A stretch of DNA of 64,000 nucleotides from the NCBI GenBank assembly GCA_963667625.1, contig OY763921.1:1132359-1196358 (forward strand), read 5' to 3'. The notes beneath the pieces were generated by a model. It did not search any database. It saw only the letters and a list, made by a program, of their open reading frames with translations, and was not told the origin of the DNA. Origin of the DNA: Thermodesulfobacteriota bacterium (GTDB taxonomy: Bacteria > Desulfobacterota_D > UBA1144 > Nemesobacterales > Nemesobacteraceae). A program made the translations under genes and the position numbers. Numbering within the stretch: position 1 is the stretch's first letter; each line of letters begins with the position of its first letter. Below are positions 9,293-19,439 of this stretch, piece by piece.

Positions 9293-11623
9293 TCAGAATA
9301 AATTCCCAACTGTAAACTGTACTTCATATTTTTCCTCATCCCTAAGCCTTTCGCCTATCGGGAATCCGATATCAAGCTTCATTGGCCCCAGAGGAGATAT
9401 CCACCTGATACCGAAACCAGCATCCTTTCTGAGATTCGAAGGATTAAGACTGAACTCATCCTCGTCAAAAGCATTACCTACATCAAAGAAAGCTACGGCC
9501 TTAAGCCCGACAGTTTTGCTTAATGGAACAACAAAGTCAAGTGATGCCAGAACTTGCTGAACACCACCAATTATTACATAACCCTCCGTGTCGGTAGGCC
9601 TTCTGGGGCCCACCCTTCTGTAGCGGAAGCCTCTTAGTGTGTTCGGACCGCCGAGAAAGTACCTCTCTTCCACGACAAGATCATCGCCAGCATCTATGAG
9701 ATGCAAGAGCCCATAATTCGCCTTTGCGGCGAAATATGTACCTTTCCAGAACGGAATCCAAGATTTGGCCGTGGCGTTGTACTTTATAAATTCGGTGTTG
9801 CCCGCAAAAAGCCCGGCGTACTCAACCGCCGTACTCAGAAGAAAACCCTTCGTGGGATCGAGATAATTGTTTCTTTTATCCCAAGATAGCCCTACCCCGG
9901 TCGAAACTATAGTTCTTTCCGTTTCGGACAGGACGAGCTGTGCATCCCCCCGGACATTGTGGATGTCCTGTTTTGAGAATTCCTGGAAAACCCGGACTTG
10001 GAAATATCTCTTTATCCTTCTTCCCACTCCCAGAGAAACACCCCTGGCCGCTCTCTCAAAATCCCTGTAATCTCTGTCATGAGCATACATGCTGATATCC
10101 AGGAGCCAGTTGGTACCGAAAAGATACGGATCCCGGTAGTTAAGACTTAAGGTCTTGGTTACGCCCCCGATCTGGGCATCCAGAGAGAGGGTTTTGCCGT
10201 ATCCGAAAAGGTTGGATTCCTGTATCTGACCCGCAAAAAGGAAATTCTCCACGGAACTTACTCCCCCGCCGAAGCTGAAAAATCCGGTGGGACGTTCCTC
10301 AACCTTTATGTCGACGTCCAGAAGATCCTCTGTTCCCTCAACCCTATGGGTTAGCACCTCAATGTTATCCTCAAAGTAACCGAGGCGAGCAGCCTCGTAG
10401 CGAGCAGCCCTTAGATTGGAAACGCTGTATAGGCTTTGTTCCTCAAGTGAAAGTTCCCTTCTTATAACATGGTCTCTAGTCCTGGTGTTATCCAAAATAT
10501 TTATGTTTCTTATGTGTACTTCCCCGCCTTTTTCAATCGAGTAATCGATACTGACAAGGTTGTTTCCCTTATCAAGCCGCACATCAGGAGTTACGTTAGC
10601 AAAAGCATATCCTTTGTCCCCGTAGAAATCGGCTATTCTCCCGATGTCGGCCTGAAGAACGAAACTACTGAAAACAGAGTCCGGCGAGAGCTCGAGTTCC
10701 GGGCGGATTTCATCCTGGTCTCCAGCCAGTTCCCCGGAGAAAGTTATTCTGGATACCCTGTACTGAACCCCTTCTTCTATTGAGAAACTCACCACATAGC
10801 CGTCTTTTCCCTCATCGTAACGAATTCCAGGTTCAGAAACCCCTACGTCAAGATATCCGTTATCAATGTAAACCGCTTTTATTCTGTCGGAATCCCTCTT
10901 TATCTCTTCAATTTTGAAAAGCCCTCTCTTCGTTATAAAAGAGAGAAAATATTTGGGCTTTGAATACATGTTTTTTCTGATCTTCTTCGTCTCAATTTTG
11001 CTGTTTCCGACAAGCTCGACTTCTTTTATGTACTTTCTATCTCCCTCGTCAATCCTGTAAACAACGTCAACGACTCCATCTCCTCTGGGTTCGATCTCAT
11101 ATTCGACCTCAGTTCCAACCAAACCCTTATCGGAAGCAAGGGCAAGTATTATCTCCCTGCCTTCCGTTATCTTCCTCAGGCTTACGATGCGTCCTTCTCT
11201 AAATGCCACAGCTTCCTTTATGTCATCTTCCTTTAGTTTGTCGTTTCCAGAAAGCTTAAGGTCAGCGAGTACCGGGTTCTCTTCAACGATAAACTCAACC
11301 CTGAGGCCATCTTCAATTGGCTTAACGTCAACAAGAACCTGCTGGAAGAAATCAAGTTCGTATATCCTTTTCAGATCCTCTTTTACCATCTGCGAGGAAT
11401 ATTCATCGCCCTGCTTGGTCTCTATATTGAGATCTATAAGGGAGGTTTCGGTTCTCCGGTTGCCAGAAACTGCCACCTCGGCGACTGTGCCCTTGAAGGA
11501 CTGATATTCCTCAAGTTCTTCTCCGGCAGGGGGGGGTTGCGCCATGGGACCCGCGGTTGAAAACGTCGCCATGACAAAAAAAACAGCCAAATAAAATAGA
11601 AGACTTTTAGTTCGCATCGGCAA
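9293..11623 (-). CDS. bamA: Outer membrane protein assembly factor BamA
   Basis: 776 aa with a signal peptide, repeated POTRA-like segments and a C-terminal beta-barrel ending ...FTVGNLF. bamA-skp synteny. Confidence 0.9.
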   Translation of the reverse strand: MPMRTKSLLFYLAVFFVMATFSTAGPMAQPPPAGEELEEYQSFKGTVAEVAVSGNRRTETSLIDLNIETKQGDEYSSQMVKEDLKRIYELDFFQQVLVDVKPIEDGLRVEFIVEENPVLADLKLSGNDKLKEDDIKEAVAFREGRIVSLRKITEGREIILALASDKGLVGTEVEYEIEPRGDGVVDVVYRIDEGDRKYIKEVELVGNSKIETKKIRKNMYSKPKYFLSFITKRGLFKIEEIKRDSDRIKAVYIDNGYLDVGVSEPGIRYDEGKDGYVVSFSIEEGVQYRVSRITFSGELAGDQDEIRPELELSPDSVFSSFVLQADIGRIADFYGDKGYAFANVTPDVRLDKGNNLVSIDYSIEKGGEVHIRNINILDNTRTRDHVIRRELSLEEQSLYSVSNLRAARYEAARLGYFEDNIEVLTHRVEGTEDLLDVDIKVEERPTGFFSFGGGVSSVENFLFAGQIQESNLFGYGKTLSLDAQIGGVTKTLSLNYRDPYLFGTNWLLDISMYAHDRDYRDFERAARGVSLGVGRRIKRYFQVRVFQEFSKQDIHNVRGDAQLVLSETERTIVSTGVGLSWDKRNNYLDPTKGFLLSTAVEYAGLFAGNTEFIKYNATAKSWIPFWKGTYFAAKANYGLLHLIDAGDDLVVEERYFLGGPNTLRGFRYRRVGPRRPTDTEGYVIIGGVQQVLASLDFVVPLSKTVGLKAVAFFDVGNAFDEDEFSLNPSNLRKDAGFGIRWISPLGPMKLDIGFPIGERLRDEEKYEVQFTVGNLF

Positions 11624-12290
11624 CCATCCCGTCTGATATTTTAACAGTTTTTTTCATTCTCTTCGCAAATTCGTCGTTGTGCGTAACCATGATGACCGTA
11701 ACCCCGTAATCCTCGTTAAGCTTGCAGAACAGATCAAGAACCGAGAATCCTGTTTTTTTATCAAGATTCCCGGTGGGCTCGTCGGCAAGTATTACCTTCG
11801 GTCCCCTGACAATTGATCTGGCGATCGCCACTCTCTGCTGCTCTCCCCCGGAAAGCTCGCCGGGAAGATGATTAAGGCGCTCAGAAAGTCCCACCCTCTC
11901 AAGCACTTCACAGGCTTTCTGTTTCGCCGCGGCGGAACTCTGCCTGTCTATAAGACACGGCATCATGACGTTTTCAAGTGCAGTGAATTCTATAAGAAGG
12001 TAATGAAATTGAAAAATAAATCCAATTTCCGAGTTTCTGAAAACCGAAAGTTCTTCTTCATTTTGGCTGAAAAGATCTTTCCCACGGTAGAAAACAGAAC
12101 CTTCTGTCGGGGGCTCAAGAGTACCAAGTATGTGAAGAAGGGTGCTTTTCCCCGAACCCGACACCCCCACGACTCCGAGGGTTTCTCCTGCAAAAATATC
12201 CATATTCACTCCGCCAAGAGCGCACACGCTGCTGCCCGACTTATTGAAAACCTTTCCAAGTCCCCTGACCTTGTACAGCATCTCACTCAT
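11607..12290 (-). CDS. lolD: Lipoprotein-releasing ABC transporter ATP-binding protein LolD
   Basis: Walker A GVSGSGKSTLL, ABC signature LSGGEQQRVAIAR and Walker B ILADEPTGNLD. Adjacent to an FtsX-like permease. Confidence 0.85.
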   Translation of the reverse strand: MSEMLYKVRGLGKVFNKSGSSVCALGGVNMDIFAGETLGVVGVSGSGKSTLLHILGTLEPPTEGSVFYRGKDLFSQNEEELSVFRNSEIGFIFQFHYLLIEFTALENVMMPCLIDRQSSAAAKQKACEVLERVGLSERLNHLPGELSGGEQQRVAIARSIVRGPKVILADEPTGNLDKKTGFSVLDLFCKLNEDYGVTVIMVTHNDEFAKRMKKTVKISDGMVADAN

Positions 12291-13578
12291 ATCTCAATGA
12301 CTCCACGGGGTTTTCTCTCGAAGCCCTGTAAGACGGGTAGAGAGTCGCAAGAAAGCATATAAGCAGGCTTGATACCGCTACGACGAGAAAATAAACTGGC
12401 TCTATCCTAACAGGGAATTCGGAAATAGGATATACGTTATCATCAAACGGAATCGCTTCCTTTATAAAATTGCTGGTCTCAAGAAAGCGACAGATCAGGT
12501 ATCCGAAGAGCGTCCCTAGAAGTGTTCCAACGGTCCCTATTATCATTCCGTCGTAGACAAATATCCTTCTGATACCGCTTTTGCGAGCTCCCATGGACAT
12601 GAGCACGGCTATGTCTCTTTTTTTCTCCATAACGAGCATTGTAAGCGTGCTGACTATATTCAAGGCAGCGACAAGAACTATAAACCCGAGAAATATTCCT
12701 ATAGCCATTCTCTCAAGACGAAGCGCCCTGAAAAGGCTTCTGTTCGAGTCCTCCCAGTTCTTCGCATAGAAAGGAAAGCCGAGAGTTTCGGCTATTTTAT
12801 TCCCCGTTTCGCGTGCCTGGTATATGTTATCCACCCTGACTTCTATGCCTGTTATCTTGCTTCGGGTTTCGAAGAAATCCATGGCATCCTCAAGCGATAC
12901 GTAGGCGGTAGACGAATCGTATTCAATCATGCCGTAATCAAAAACTCCTATCACACCGAATTTCCTTATCTTGGCAGTCGGGCCGAAAGGACCGATCTTT
13001 CCGTAAGGAGAAACAAGATTGACAGTATCCCCCGTTGTCGCGCCAATCAGATTCGAAAGTTCTCTGCCTATGATGATCGGAGGGTGCCCGGAAGCAGTTT
13101 CATGTAAAAGCCCCGAAACAATCCGAGAACCTTCTTCAAGAAGGGCGTCACTGTTCTTACTTGTCTCCGGCAAACTGCCTTTTCCCACCGCTTCAGCCAC
13201 GGCGGCAACCGAGGCTGAATTGTTTGGGTCTATCCCCCTTATCACGGAACCCGAGACAGCATATTCCGTAACGAGCATGCCGTGATTGTAAATAAAGGGG
13301 CTTGTCGAGGTTACACCGGGAAAGTGTTCAAGTTTCTTCTCCACATCCGCAAAATCTCCGAAATCTCCTTCGTAGCTCATTACGATTACGTGGGAACTTG
13401 CGCCGATTATCTTGTCCCTGAGTTCATCCTCAAACCCCTTCATGACCGAAAGCACCACGTCAAGCGAAGCCACTCCCAAGAAAACACCCAGAATGGAGAT
13501 AATACCGATTAGGGAGAGAAAACCACGCCCAGTTCCCGATTTCAGATACCTAAGGGAGATTAGCGATTCGTAACTCAT
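12283..13578 (-). CDS. lolC: Lipoprotein-releasing system permease LolC/LolE (FtsX/MacB-like)
   Basis: 431 aa with an N-terminal TM helix, a large periplasmic domain and C-terminal FtsX-type TM helices. Paired with lolD. Confidence 0.8.
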   Translation of the reverse strand: MSYESLISLRYLKSGTGRGFLSLIGIISILGVFLGVASLDVVLSVMKGFEDELRDKIIGASSHVIVMSYEGDFGDFADVEKKLEHFPGVTSTSPFIYNHGMLVTEYAVSGSVIRGIDPNNSASVAAVAEAVGKGSLPETSKNSDALLEEGSRIVSGLLHETASGHPPIIIGRELSNLIGATTGDTVNLVSPYGKIGPFGPTAKIRKFGVIGVFDYGMIEYDSSTAYVSLEDAMDFFETRSKITGIEVRVDNIYQARETGNKIAETLGFPFYAKNWEDSNRSLFRALRLERMAIGIFLGFIVLVAALNIVSTLTMLVMEKKRDIAVLMSMGARKSGIRRIFVYDGMIIGTVGTLLGTLFGYLICRFLETSNFIKEAIPFDDNVYPISEFPVRIEPVYFLVVAVSSLLICFLATLYPSYRASRENPVESLRYE

Positions 13579-13579
13579 A

Positions 13580-15040
13580 CTAGGGTCTGAGGTGAGGGAA
13601 GAAAATGACCTCTCTTATGGAAGAGGAATTGGTAAGCAGCATCACAAGACGGTCGATCCCTATACCGGCTCCGGCCGTGGGAGGCATTCCGTACTCAAGG
13701 GCCGACACGTAGTCATTATCCATTTCGTGATATTCATCCTCGCCCTTTTCCTTCATTTCGACTTGGTCCGTGAACCGTTTTTTCTGATCAATCGGGTCGT
13801 TAAGCTCAGAAAAAGCGTTGGCTATCTCCCTTCCGTAGATGTAAAGCTCGAATCTGTCAACCACTTCAGGATCATCGTCGTTTTTTCTGGCAAGCGGAGA
13901 GACATCAAGAGGAAAACCATAAACAAAGGTCGGGTTAACGAGACTATCTTCGAAAAGCGCCTCAAAAATCTCCGTGAGAGCTTTTCCCTTAATTCCGTTA
14001 TGGTTTATTCCCATGGAATCCGCTCTCCCAAAAAGAAACTGGTCATCTTCCGTTATTTCGGAACCGAATTTCTCCCGTAGAGCCTCATAAATGTTAATTC
14101 TATTCCAAGGTCTCTTGAAGTCTACCTTTTTATCTTCGTACTCAAACAGCGTGTCTCCGACCGTATTTTCCACCACGTAGCAGACAAGTTCCTCTATGAG
14201 GTTCATAAGGTTCTCGTAAGTCGCGTAAGCCTGATAGAACTCAATCATGGTGAATTCTGGGTTGTGCTTGGTGGACACTCCCTCATTTCTGAACGTCCTC
14301 CCAAGTTCATAGACTCTCTCAAGTCCTCCGACGACAAGTCGTTTCAGGTAAAGCTCAGGCGCTATTCTCAGGTAAAGATCCATATCAAGGGCGTTGTGAT
14401 GGGTAATAAAGGGTTTTGCCGTTGCGCCTCCGGCAATCGGATGGAGCACCGGGGTTTCCACCTCAAGAAAATCCCTTTCGTCAAGAAACCTTCTTACGAG
14501 ATTTATCACCTTTGACCTTGTCTTGAAAATCTCCTTAGTTCTCTGGTTAGCAATCAGGTCCAAGTAGCGCTGGCGGTATCTTGTCTCCACATCCTGGAGG
14601 CCATGCCATTTTTCAGGAAGCGGCCTCAGGGCCTTTGTGAGGAAAAAAAGTTCCCGGACCCTCACTGTAAGCTCCCCGGTCCTGGTCTTAAAAAGTTCTC
14701 CGCGGACGCCGGCAAAATCTCCTACGTCGAGTAGTTTGCGAAACAGCGTATAGGTTTTCTCGTCAATGGAGTTTTTCTGCATAAACCCCTGAATTCGCCC
14801 CGTGCGGTCTGAGAGATGAAAAAAAGCGCTTTTTCCGAAGTCCCTCTTTGAAACGATTCTTCCGGCCAAGCTGAAGAGGTCTTCCACCTGTTCAAGTTCT
14901 TCAGGAGACTTCGAAGCGTGCAGGGAGACCAGCTCTCCGGCGGTATGCTCCGGTGTAAAACCGTTTGCATAAGGGTCAATGCCCATTGCCCTTAGCTCTT
15001 CTAGCTTTGATTTTCTTAGTTCAAACTGTTTGTCTTCCAT
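13580..15040 (-). CDS. lysS: Lysine--tRNA ligase (class II)
   Basis: Class II aaRS motifs, N-terminal anticodon-binding domain, ...TFRNEG..., [12 protein letters not shown]. The true start is probably the internal Met ([10 protein letters not shown]) at 15040, because the longer ORF overlaps pyrC. Confidence 0.9.
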   Translation of the reverse strand: MEDKQFELRKSKLEELRAMGIDPYANGFTPEHTAGELVSLHASKSPEELEQVEDLFSLAGRIVSKRDFGKSAFFHLSDRTGRIQGFMQKNSIDEKTYTLFRKLLDVGDFAGVRGELFKTRTGELTVRVRELFFLTKALRPLPEKWHGLQDVETRYRQRYLDLIANQRTKEIFKTRSKVINLVRRFLDERDFLEVETPVLHPIAGGATAKPFITHHNALDMDLYLRIAPELYLKRLVVGGLERVYELGRTFRNEGVSTKHNPEFTMIEFYQAYATYENLMNLIEELVCYVVENTVGDTLFEYEDKKVDFKRPWNRINIYEALREKFGSEITEDDQFLFGRADSMGINHNGIKGKALTEIFEALFEDSLVNPTFVYGFPLDVSPLARKNDDDPEVVDRFELYIYGREIANAFSELNDPIDQKKRFTDQVEMKEKGEDEYHEMDNDYVSALEYGMPPTAGAGIGIDRLVMLLTNSSSIREVIFFPHLRP

Positions 15041-15084
15041 TGCGTTGGAATCTCTTTTCCATTGGCTATCGCAAAAGATAAAAC

Positions 15085-16365
15085 CTAATTGCGACTGAAA
15101 ACAACCTTCCCCGAAACTATCGTATTGCTCACCACCCCTTTGAGTTCCCACCCGGAAAACGGAGTGTTTCTACTCTTTGAGAAAAACTCCCCAGCGTTTA
15201 CCGTACGGCTCATGCCGGGATCGAACACCACGAGATCGGCGATTGAACCTGGAACAAGCGTTCCTCTTTCTATGCCCACTATCTCTGAAGGAGCAACTGT
15301 AAGCTTTTTTATCATCTCATCAAGAGTAATGATTCCTTTTTCCACCAGTTCAAGCGAAAGTGAGAGGGCAGTTTCAAGACCAACTATACCGAAAGGCGCT
15401 AAGTCAAATTCAACGTTTTTCTCATCCTGACTGTGAGGAGCATGATCCGTGGCTATCACGTCAATTGTTCCATCGGCAATGCCTTCTAGTATAGCATCCA
15501 CGTCTTCCTGGGTCCTAAGCGGCGGATTCATCTTGGCATCGGTGTTGTAACCATATACCAACTTGTCCGTAAGAGTGAAATGGTGAGGAGTCGCCTCCGC
15601 CGTAACCTTCGCGCCTCTTTTTTTTGCTTCCCGCACAAGTCTTACCGAACCCTTGGTAGAAACATGGCAGATATGAAGAGGAGTGCCAGTGAGTTCGCAG
15701 AGAATTATGTCCCTGACCACCCCAATCTCCTCAGAAGCGGCGGGAATTCCCCGAAGGCCAAGTTCGGTTGAAACGAAACCCTCGTTCATAACGCCGCCCG
15801 CAGAAAGCCCGGTGTCTTCTGCGTGCGTGATAACCGGAATCCCGAAAGGTCTTACGTATTCCATTGCCTTTCGCATAAGTCCCGAGTCAGTGACCGGCAT
15901 CCCGTCGTCGGAAATACCCACGCACCCGGCTTCGCACATCTCGCCTATGTCGGCAAGTTCCTCTCCCTTCTCTCCCTTGGTTATCGCGCCTATGGGAAAC
16001 ACGTTGACTATGCCTTCAGTCCTGGCTTTTAAAAGTATGTACTCGGTCACCGAGGCATTGTCGTTTATGGGGTTCGTGTTGGGCATACACACTATGGAAG
16101 TAAAACCGCCCGCGGCGGCGGCAAGACAACCCGTCTTTATCGTCTCCTTGTGTTCATACCCAGGCTCCCTTAGATGTACGTGAATATCTATGAATCCGGG
16201 AGCCACAATCTGCCCGCTTGCATCTATTACCGTGTCTGCCTTGCGCGGGGTGTCTATGCGCTTTGATATTTCCCTCACCCTGTCTTCCTGGATATATATG
16301 TCCGAGACAATGTCTAGGGACTGCGAAGGGTCAATAACGCGGCCGTTTTTAATGAGCACTCCCAT
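15085..16365 (-). CDS. pyrC: Dihydroorotase
   Basis: 426 aa with [10 protein letters not shown] and HxH metal ligands. Sits in the pyrR-pyrB-pyrC operon. Confidence 0.9.
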   Translation of the reverse strand: MGVLIKNGRVIDPSQSLDIVSDIYIQEDRVREISKRIDTPRKADTVIDASGQIVAPGFIDIHVHLREPGYEHKETIKTGCLAAAAGGFTSIVCMPNTNPINDNASVTEYILLKARTEGIVNVFPIGAITKGEKGEELADIGEMCEAGCVGISDDGMPVTDSGLMRKAMEYVRPFGIPVITHAEDTGLSAGGVMNEGFVSTELGLRGIPAASEEIGVVRDIILCELTGTPLHICHVSTKGSVRLVREAKKRGAKVTAEATPHHFTLTDKLVYGYNTDAKMNPPLRTQEDVDAILEGIADGTIDVIATDHAPHSQDEKNVEFDLAPFGIVGLETALSLSLELVEKGIITLDEMIKKLTVAPSEIVGIERGTLVPGSIADLVVFDPGMSRTVNAGEFFSKSRNTPFSGWELKGVVSNTIVSGKVVFSRN

Positions 16366-17292
16366 CTATAAGCTCTCTCCCAAGGCAACAAGATATATCA
16401 TGGCCATTCTCACAGCAATTCCGTTTGCAACCTGTTCAAGTATAACGGCCCCCGGATCATCGGCTATCTCCGAAGTAAGCTCAACTCCCCGGTTGATCGG
16501 ACCCGGATGCATCACTATCACGTCTTTTTTCGCAAGCCTGAGTTTCTCTCTGGTAAGTCCGTAAAGCCCAGAGTATTCCCTTAACGAGGGAAAGTATTCC
16601 AGGGTTTTCCGCTCGCTCTGAACCCGCAGCATTATTACCACGTCCACATTCTCAAGTGCATGTTCAAGCGAATAAAAGATCTCCGCTCCCATATCCCTGA
16701 AATATTCGGGGACTATGGTCGCCGGCCCCGCTATTCTCACCTTTGCTCCGAGTTTGCGAAGACCGAAGATATTGGACCTGGCAACTCTGCTGTTGAGTAT
16801 GTCCCCGACAATAAGGACATTGAGACCCTTGATCCTTCCTTTTTTCTCCCTGATCGTGAAGATGTCAATAAGGGCCTGGCTCGGGTGTTCGTGGGAGCCG
16901 TCTCCAGCGTTTATCACAGAGGCGTTTATCTCCCGGGCCAGAATAAAGGGAACGCCGGACATTCCGTGTCTTATGACCATTATGCTCGCGCCCATGGCCT
17001 CAAAAGTCCTGGCAGTGTCCACCAGGCTCTCGCCTTTTACAATGCTGCTTTGCGAAGCGGAAAAATTAAGAACATCAGCACTGAGCCTTTTCTCCGCTAT
17101 CTCGAACGACGAACGGGTTCTTGTGCTGGGCTCGAAAAAAAGATTTACTACCGTCCTTCCCTTAAGGGTCGGAACTTTCTTTACGTCCCGAGTGGAAATC
17201 TCCTTCATGGACTCCGCGGTATCGAGAATGATTTTTATTTCCTCGGCCGAGAGTTCCCCAAGACCCAGTATGTGCTTTTTGTTAAACGGCAT
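16366..17292 (-). CDS. pyrB: Aspartate carbamoyltransferase catalytic subunit
   Basis: STRTR motif (FFEPSTRTRSSFE), HPGP and carbamoyl-phosphate binding motifs. Confidence 0.9.
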   Translation of the reverse strand: MPFNKKHILGLGELSAEEIKIILDTAESMKEISTRDVKKVPTLKGRTVVNLFFEPSTRTRSSFEIAEKRLSADVLNFSASQSSIVKGESLVDTARTFEAMGASIMVIRHGMSGVPFILAREINASVINAGDGSHEHPSQALIDIFTIREKKGRIKGLNVLIVGDILNSRVARSNIFGLRKLGAKVRIAGPATIVPEYFRDMGAEIFYSLEHALENVDVVIMLRVQSERKTLEYFPSLREYSGLYGLTREKLRLAKKDVIVMHPGPINRGVELTSEIADDPGAVILEQVANGIAVRMAMIYLVALGESL

Positions 17293-17824
17293 CTTTTCTG
17301 GTTATTTCGATTTCCTCCCTCCCGTCCACTTCTTCTAAGTAAACGTTGACCATCTCGTCGTCTAACGTTTCGATGCTGATTCCCGAATAGTCGGGCTGAA
17401 CTGGAAGTTCCCTTCCTCCCCTGTCCACGAGCACGGCTAGCTTCACCGAGGCCGGCCTTCCATAATCCATGATTGAATTTATTGCGGCCCGCACAGTGCG
17501 ACCAGTATAAAGGACATCGTCAACAAGTATTATGTTTTTCCCCTGCACGTCGTCGGGGATGCTGGTTTTGCGCAGTTGCGGCCAGTTTTTCCTGTTCTCG
17601 AAATCATCCCTGTAGAGAGTAATATCGATCGTTCCAAAGGTAACATCCTTTCCAGTCCGCTCGCTTATGCGCTCAACGAGCCTCTTGCCCAGATATTCCC
17701 CCCTTGTCTTTATTCCTATGACAATAAGGCTGCTTAGCCTCTCGGGCGGTATGTCGTCTATGATCCCGGAGAAGAAACTTTCGGCCCCGTCTTCAATCGG
17801 CTGTATTTTTTTCCTGGTCGCCAT
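17282..17824 (-). CDS. pyrR: Bifunctional pyrimidine operon regulator / uracil phosphoribosyltransferase PyrR
   Basis: 180 aa with the PRTase motif ILVDDVLYTGRT. First gene of the pyr operon. Confidence 0.9.
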   Translation of the reverse strand: MATRKKIQPIEDGAESFFSGIIDDIPPERLSSLIVIGIKTRGEYLGKRLVERISERTGKDVTFGTIDITLYRDDFENRKNWPQLRKTSIPDDVQGKNIILVDDVLYTGRTVRAAINSIMDYGRPASVKLAVLVDRGGRELPVQPDYSGISIETLDDEMVNVYLEEVDGREEIEITRKDAV

Positions 17825-18167
17825 AATTCAGGGGAATTATACAGGAAAGTTTAGGGAATTACAGATATGCGTCACAAAGACAATCTTGCTCTTGCTTCGG
17901 AGCCCTGATCAGACAGCGGGAAGACTTCGCCGCAGGAAAAAGTGGTCTCGGCAAGTGCAAGGTGGATACACAGTCATATCCGTGCGGACCGCAGAGCCGG
18001 AGGAACTCTGCTCTACCCTCTGCAAAGACGGGGCAGGCCGGACATAAGCGAGCATCCGAAGGAAGTTAAGGAGAAAAGCAGGGTCGGACTGTGAGGCAGA
18101 CACTATATCCGGCGGCAAGGGGCTCAGAGTGATTGTTTCCCTTTTTGATTGAACCCTCCGCAGCAAA
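17825..18167. other. 343-bp structured intergenic region upstream of pyrR. Candidate pyr leader/attenuator or small RNA.
   Basis: No credible ORF. Several GC-rich hairpin-forming segments, e.g. GCGGGAAGACTTCGCCGC. See findings. Confidence 0.25.
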
Positions 18168-19439
18168 CTAGCGCCAGAGGCGTTTTCTCAAGAAAACCAC
18201 CGAGAACAAAATGGACGCTACAAAGAGCAGGTTAAGCAAAGGACTTTGATGCGTACTGCCGGTTGCGGCGATGGAGCACCCGTCATCATCGTCTTCCGCC
18301 GAGGCGTTCCAGTAACGAGCGCGTTTAAGGAAAACTTCAGGATCCTTTACCCACTCCGCAAAGCCGATGCGCCGGTTACTGGTTAGATAGTTGATCAGGG
18401 CATCAACACAGTCAGCGAGGGCTCGGTCATTCTTGTCAAAGGCAAAGCCACCGTACTCCACCTCCGGGTCGAGGGCCGTCACGACGAAGCGGGAATTGGA
18501 ATTTCGGGAGGCCTCGTGGTTGCCCAAGGCGCCACGGGCCACGGCATCCACCACCCCATTGTCCAAGGCATCAAGCTGCTCCTGATCCGTTGACATGATG
18601 AGCACTTCCCTGACGGTTCCCCGAGTCCCCTCAACGCGCGTACGGCCCGATAGGTTCCCGGTTGAAGCAGCAGCGGTGATCCTATAGTCAGTACTGCCGT
18701 CGGCAGTGAGTCTCGTGCCGTCGCCCAAGTGGACCACTGTGCCGGCGGCCAGATTGCCTTCGGCACCCACCACCCCGGTTAACTGCAGTAAGCGATGTTC
18801 GCCGGTCGAGCCACCCAACACGGCGACCCGCGCATCATCCAGATCGTCATGTGAGCCATAGCGTTGGGCATCCTCCGCGCGCACTAAGAGTGACTGGCGG
18901 AAGGTGATGTGGCCGGAAGTGAACGTGACCTTCGTCGTCCCCGTTGCGTCGCGGGTGCGAGACTCAAGTATAGTGATGCCACCGCCCACCAAGTCATAAC
19001 GAGGGGTAGCAGGCAACAACCAAATGTCCGGCCATTCCTTGATGGCGCTACGGTTGAACATAAGCCCCGCGCCCTCCAACGTCTCAAGTGCGGTCAAGAG
19101 GTCAGCTTCGTAGCCGAGGTGACTGTTGAACCCAGAGCTGTCCGGGTCCAAGTTCTCGCTGTAGCTCACGGGTCTGAAGTCGGCGAAAAATCCGTACTCC
19201 AAGCGGCGACCGTCCTCGACACAGGCTTCACGCAAGTGCTGGGGAGGGGCCTCCGTTCGTGCAATTGCGGTGCCCGCCGCCCAGACGCACAGGACAACGC
19301 AAAAGCAGAAGCCGCCCCGAACCCCGGGTTTTATTCCCGTAGCAATTGTGCGTATGGTGTTCTGAAATGAGATGATTCGTGCAACCCCCAAGTAAAAAAC
19401 CACGCAATGAGCAAACTGTCTAACCATCGAGAAACTCAC
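18168..19439 (-). CDS. Solute-binding protein family 3 (periplasmic substrate-binding domain) protein with C-terminal hydrophobic anchor
   Basis: 423 aa. Signal-peptide-like N-terminus, SBP_bac_3-like segment RLEYGFFADFRPVSY...GFNSHLGYEADLL, C-terminal LLNLLFVASILFSVVFLRKRLWR. GC content visibly higher than neighbouring genes. Confidence 0.6.
   Translation of the reverse strand: MSFSMVRQFAHCVVFYLGVARIISFQNTIRTIATGIKPGVRGGFCFCVVLCVWAAGTAIARTEAPPQHLREACVEDGRRLEYGFFADFRPVSYSENLDPDSSGFNSHLGYEADLLTALETLEGAGLMFNRSAIKEWPDIWLLPATPRYDLVGGGITILESRTRDATGTTKVTFTSGHITFRQSLLVRAEDAQRYGSHDDLDDARVAVLGGSTGEHRLLQLTGVVGAEGNLAAGTVVHLGDGTRLTADGSTDYRITAAASTGNLSGRTRVEGTRGTVREVLIMSTDQEQLDALDNGVVDAVARGALGNHEASRNSNSRFVVTALDPEVEYGGFAFDKNDRALADCVDALINYLTSNRRIGFAEWVKDPEVFLKRARYWNASAEDDDDGCSIAATGSTHQSPLLNLLFVASILFSVVFLRKRLWR

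Noticed and set aside
16660-17349. Two ~200-aa plus-strand ORFs overlapping pyrB
   Set aside because: They are antisense to the well-supported aspartate carbamoyltransferase gene.
17880-18140. Possible RNase P RNA on the plus strand (CAGACAG...GCCGCAGGAAA...)
   Set aside because: The universally conserved P4 and CR-I sequence AGGAAAGUCCGGGCUCC and the P4 3' strand are not intact. The candidate is ~240 nt and too short for a type A RNase P. It is kept only as an unidentified structured region.
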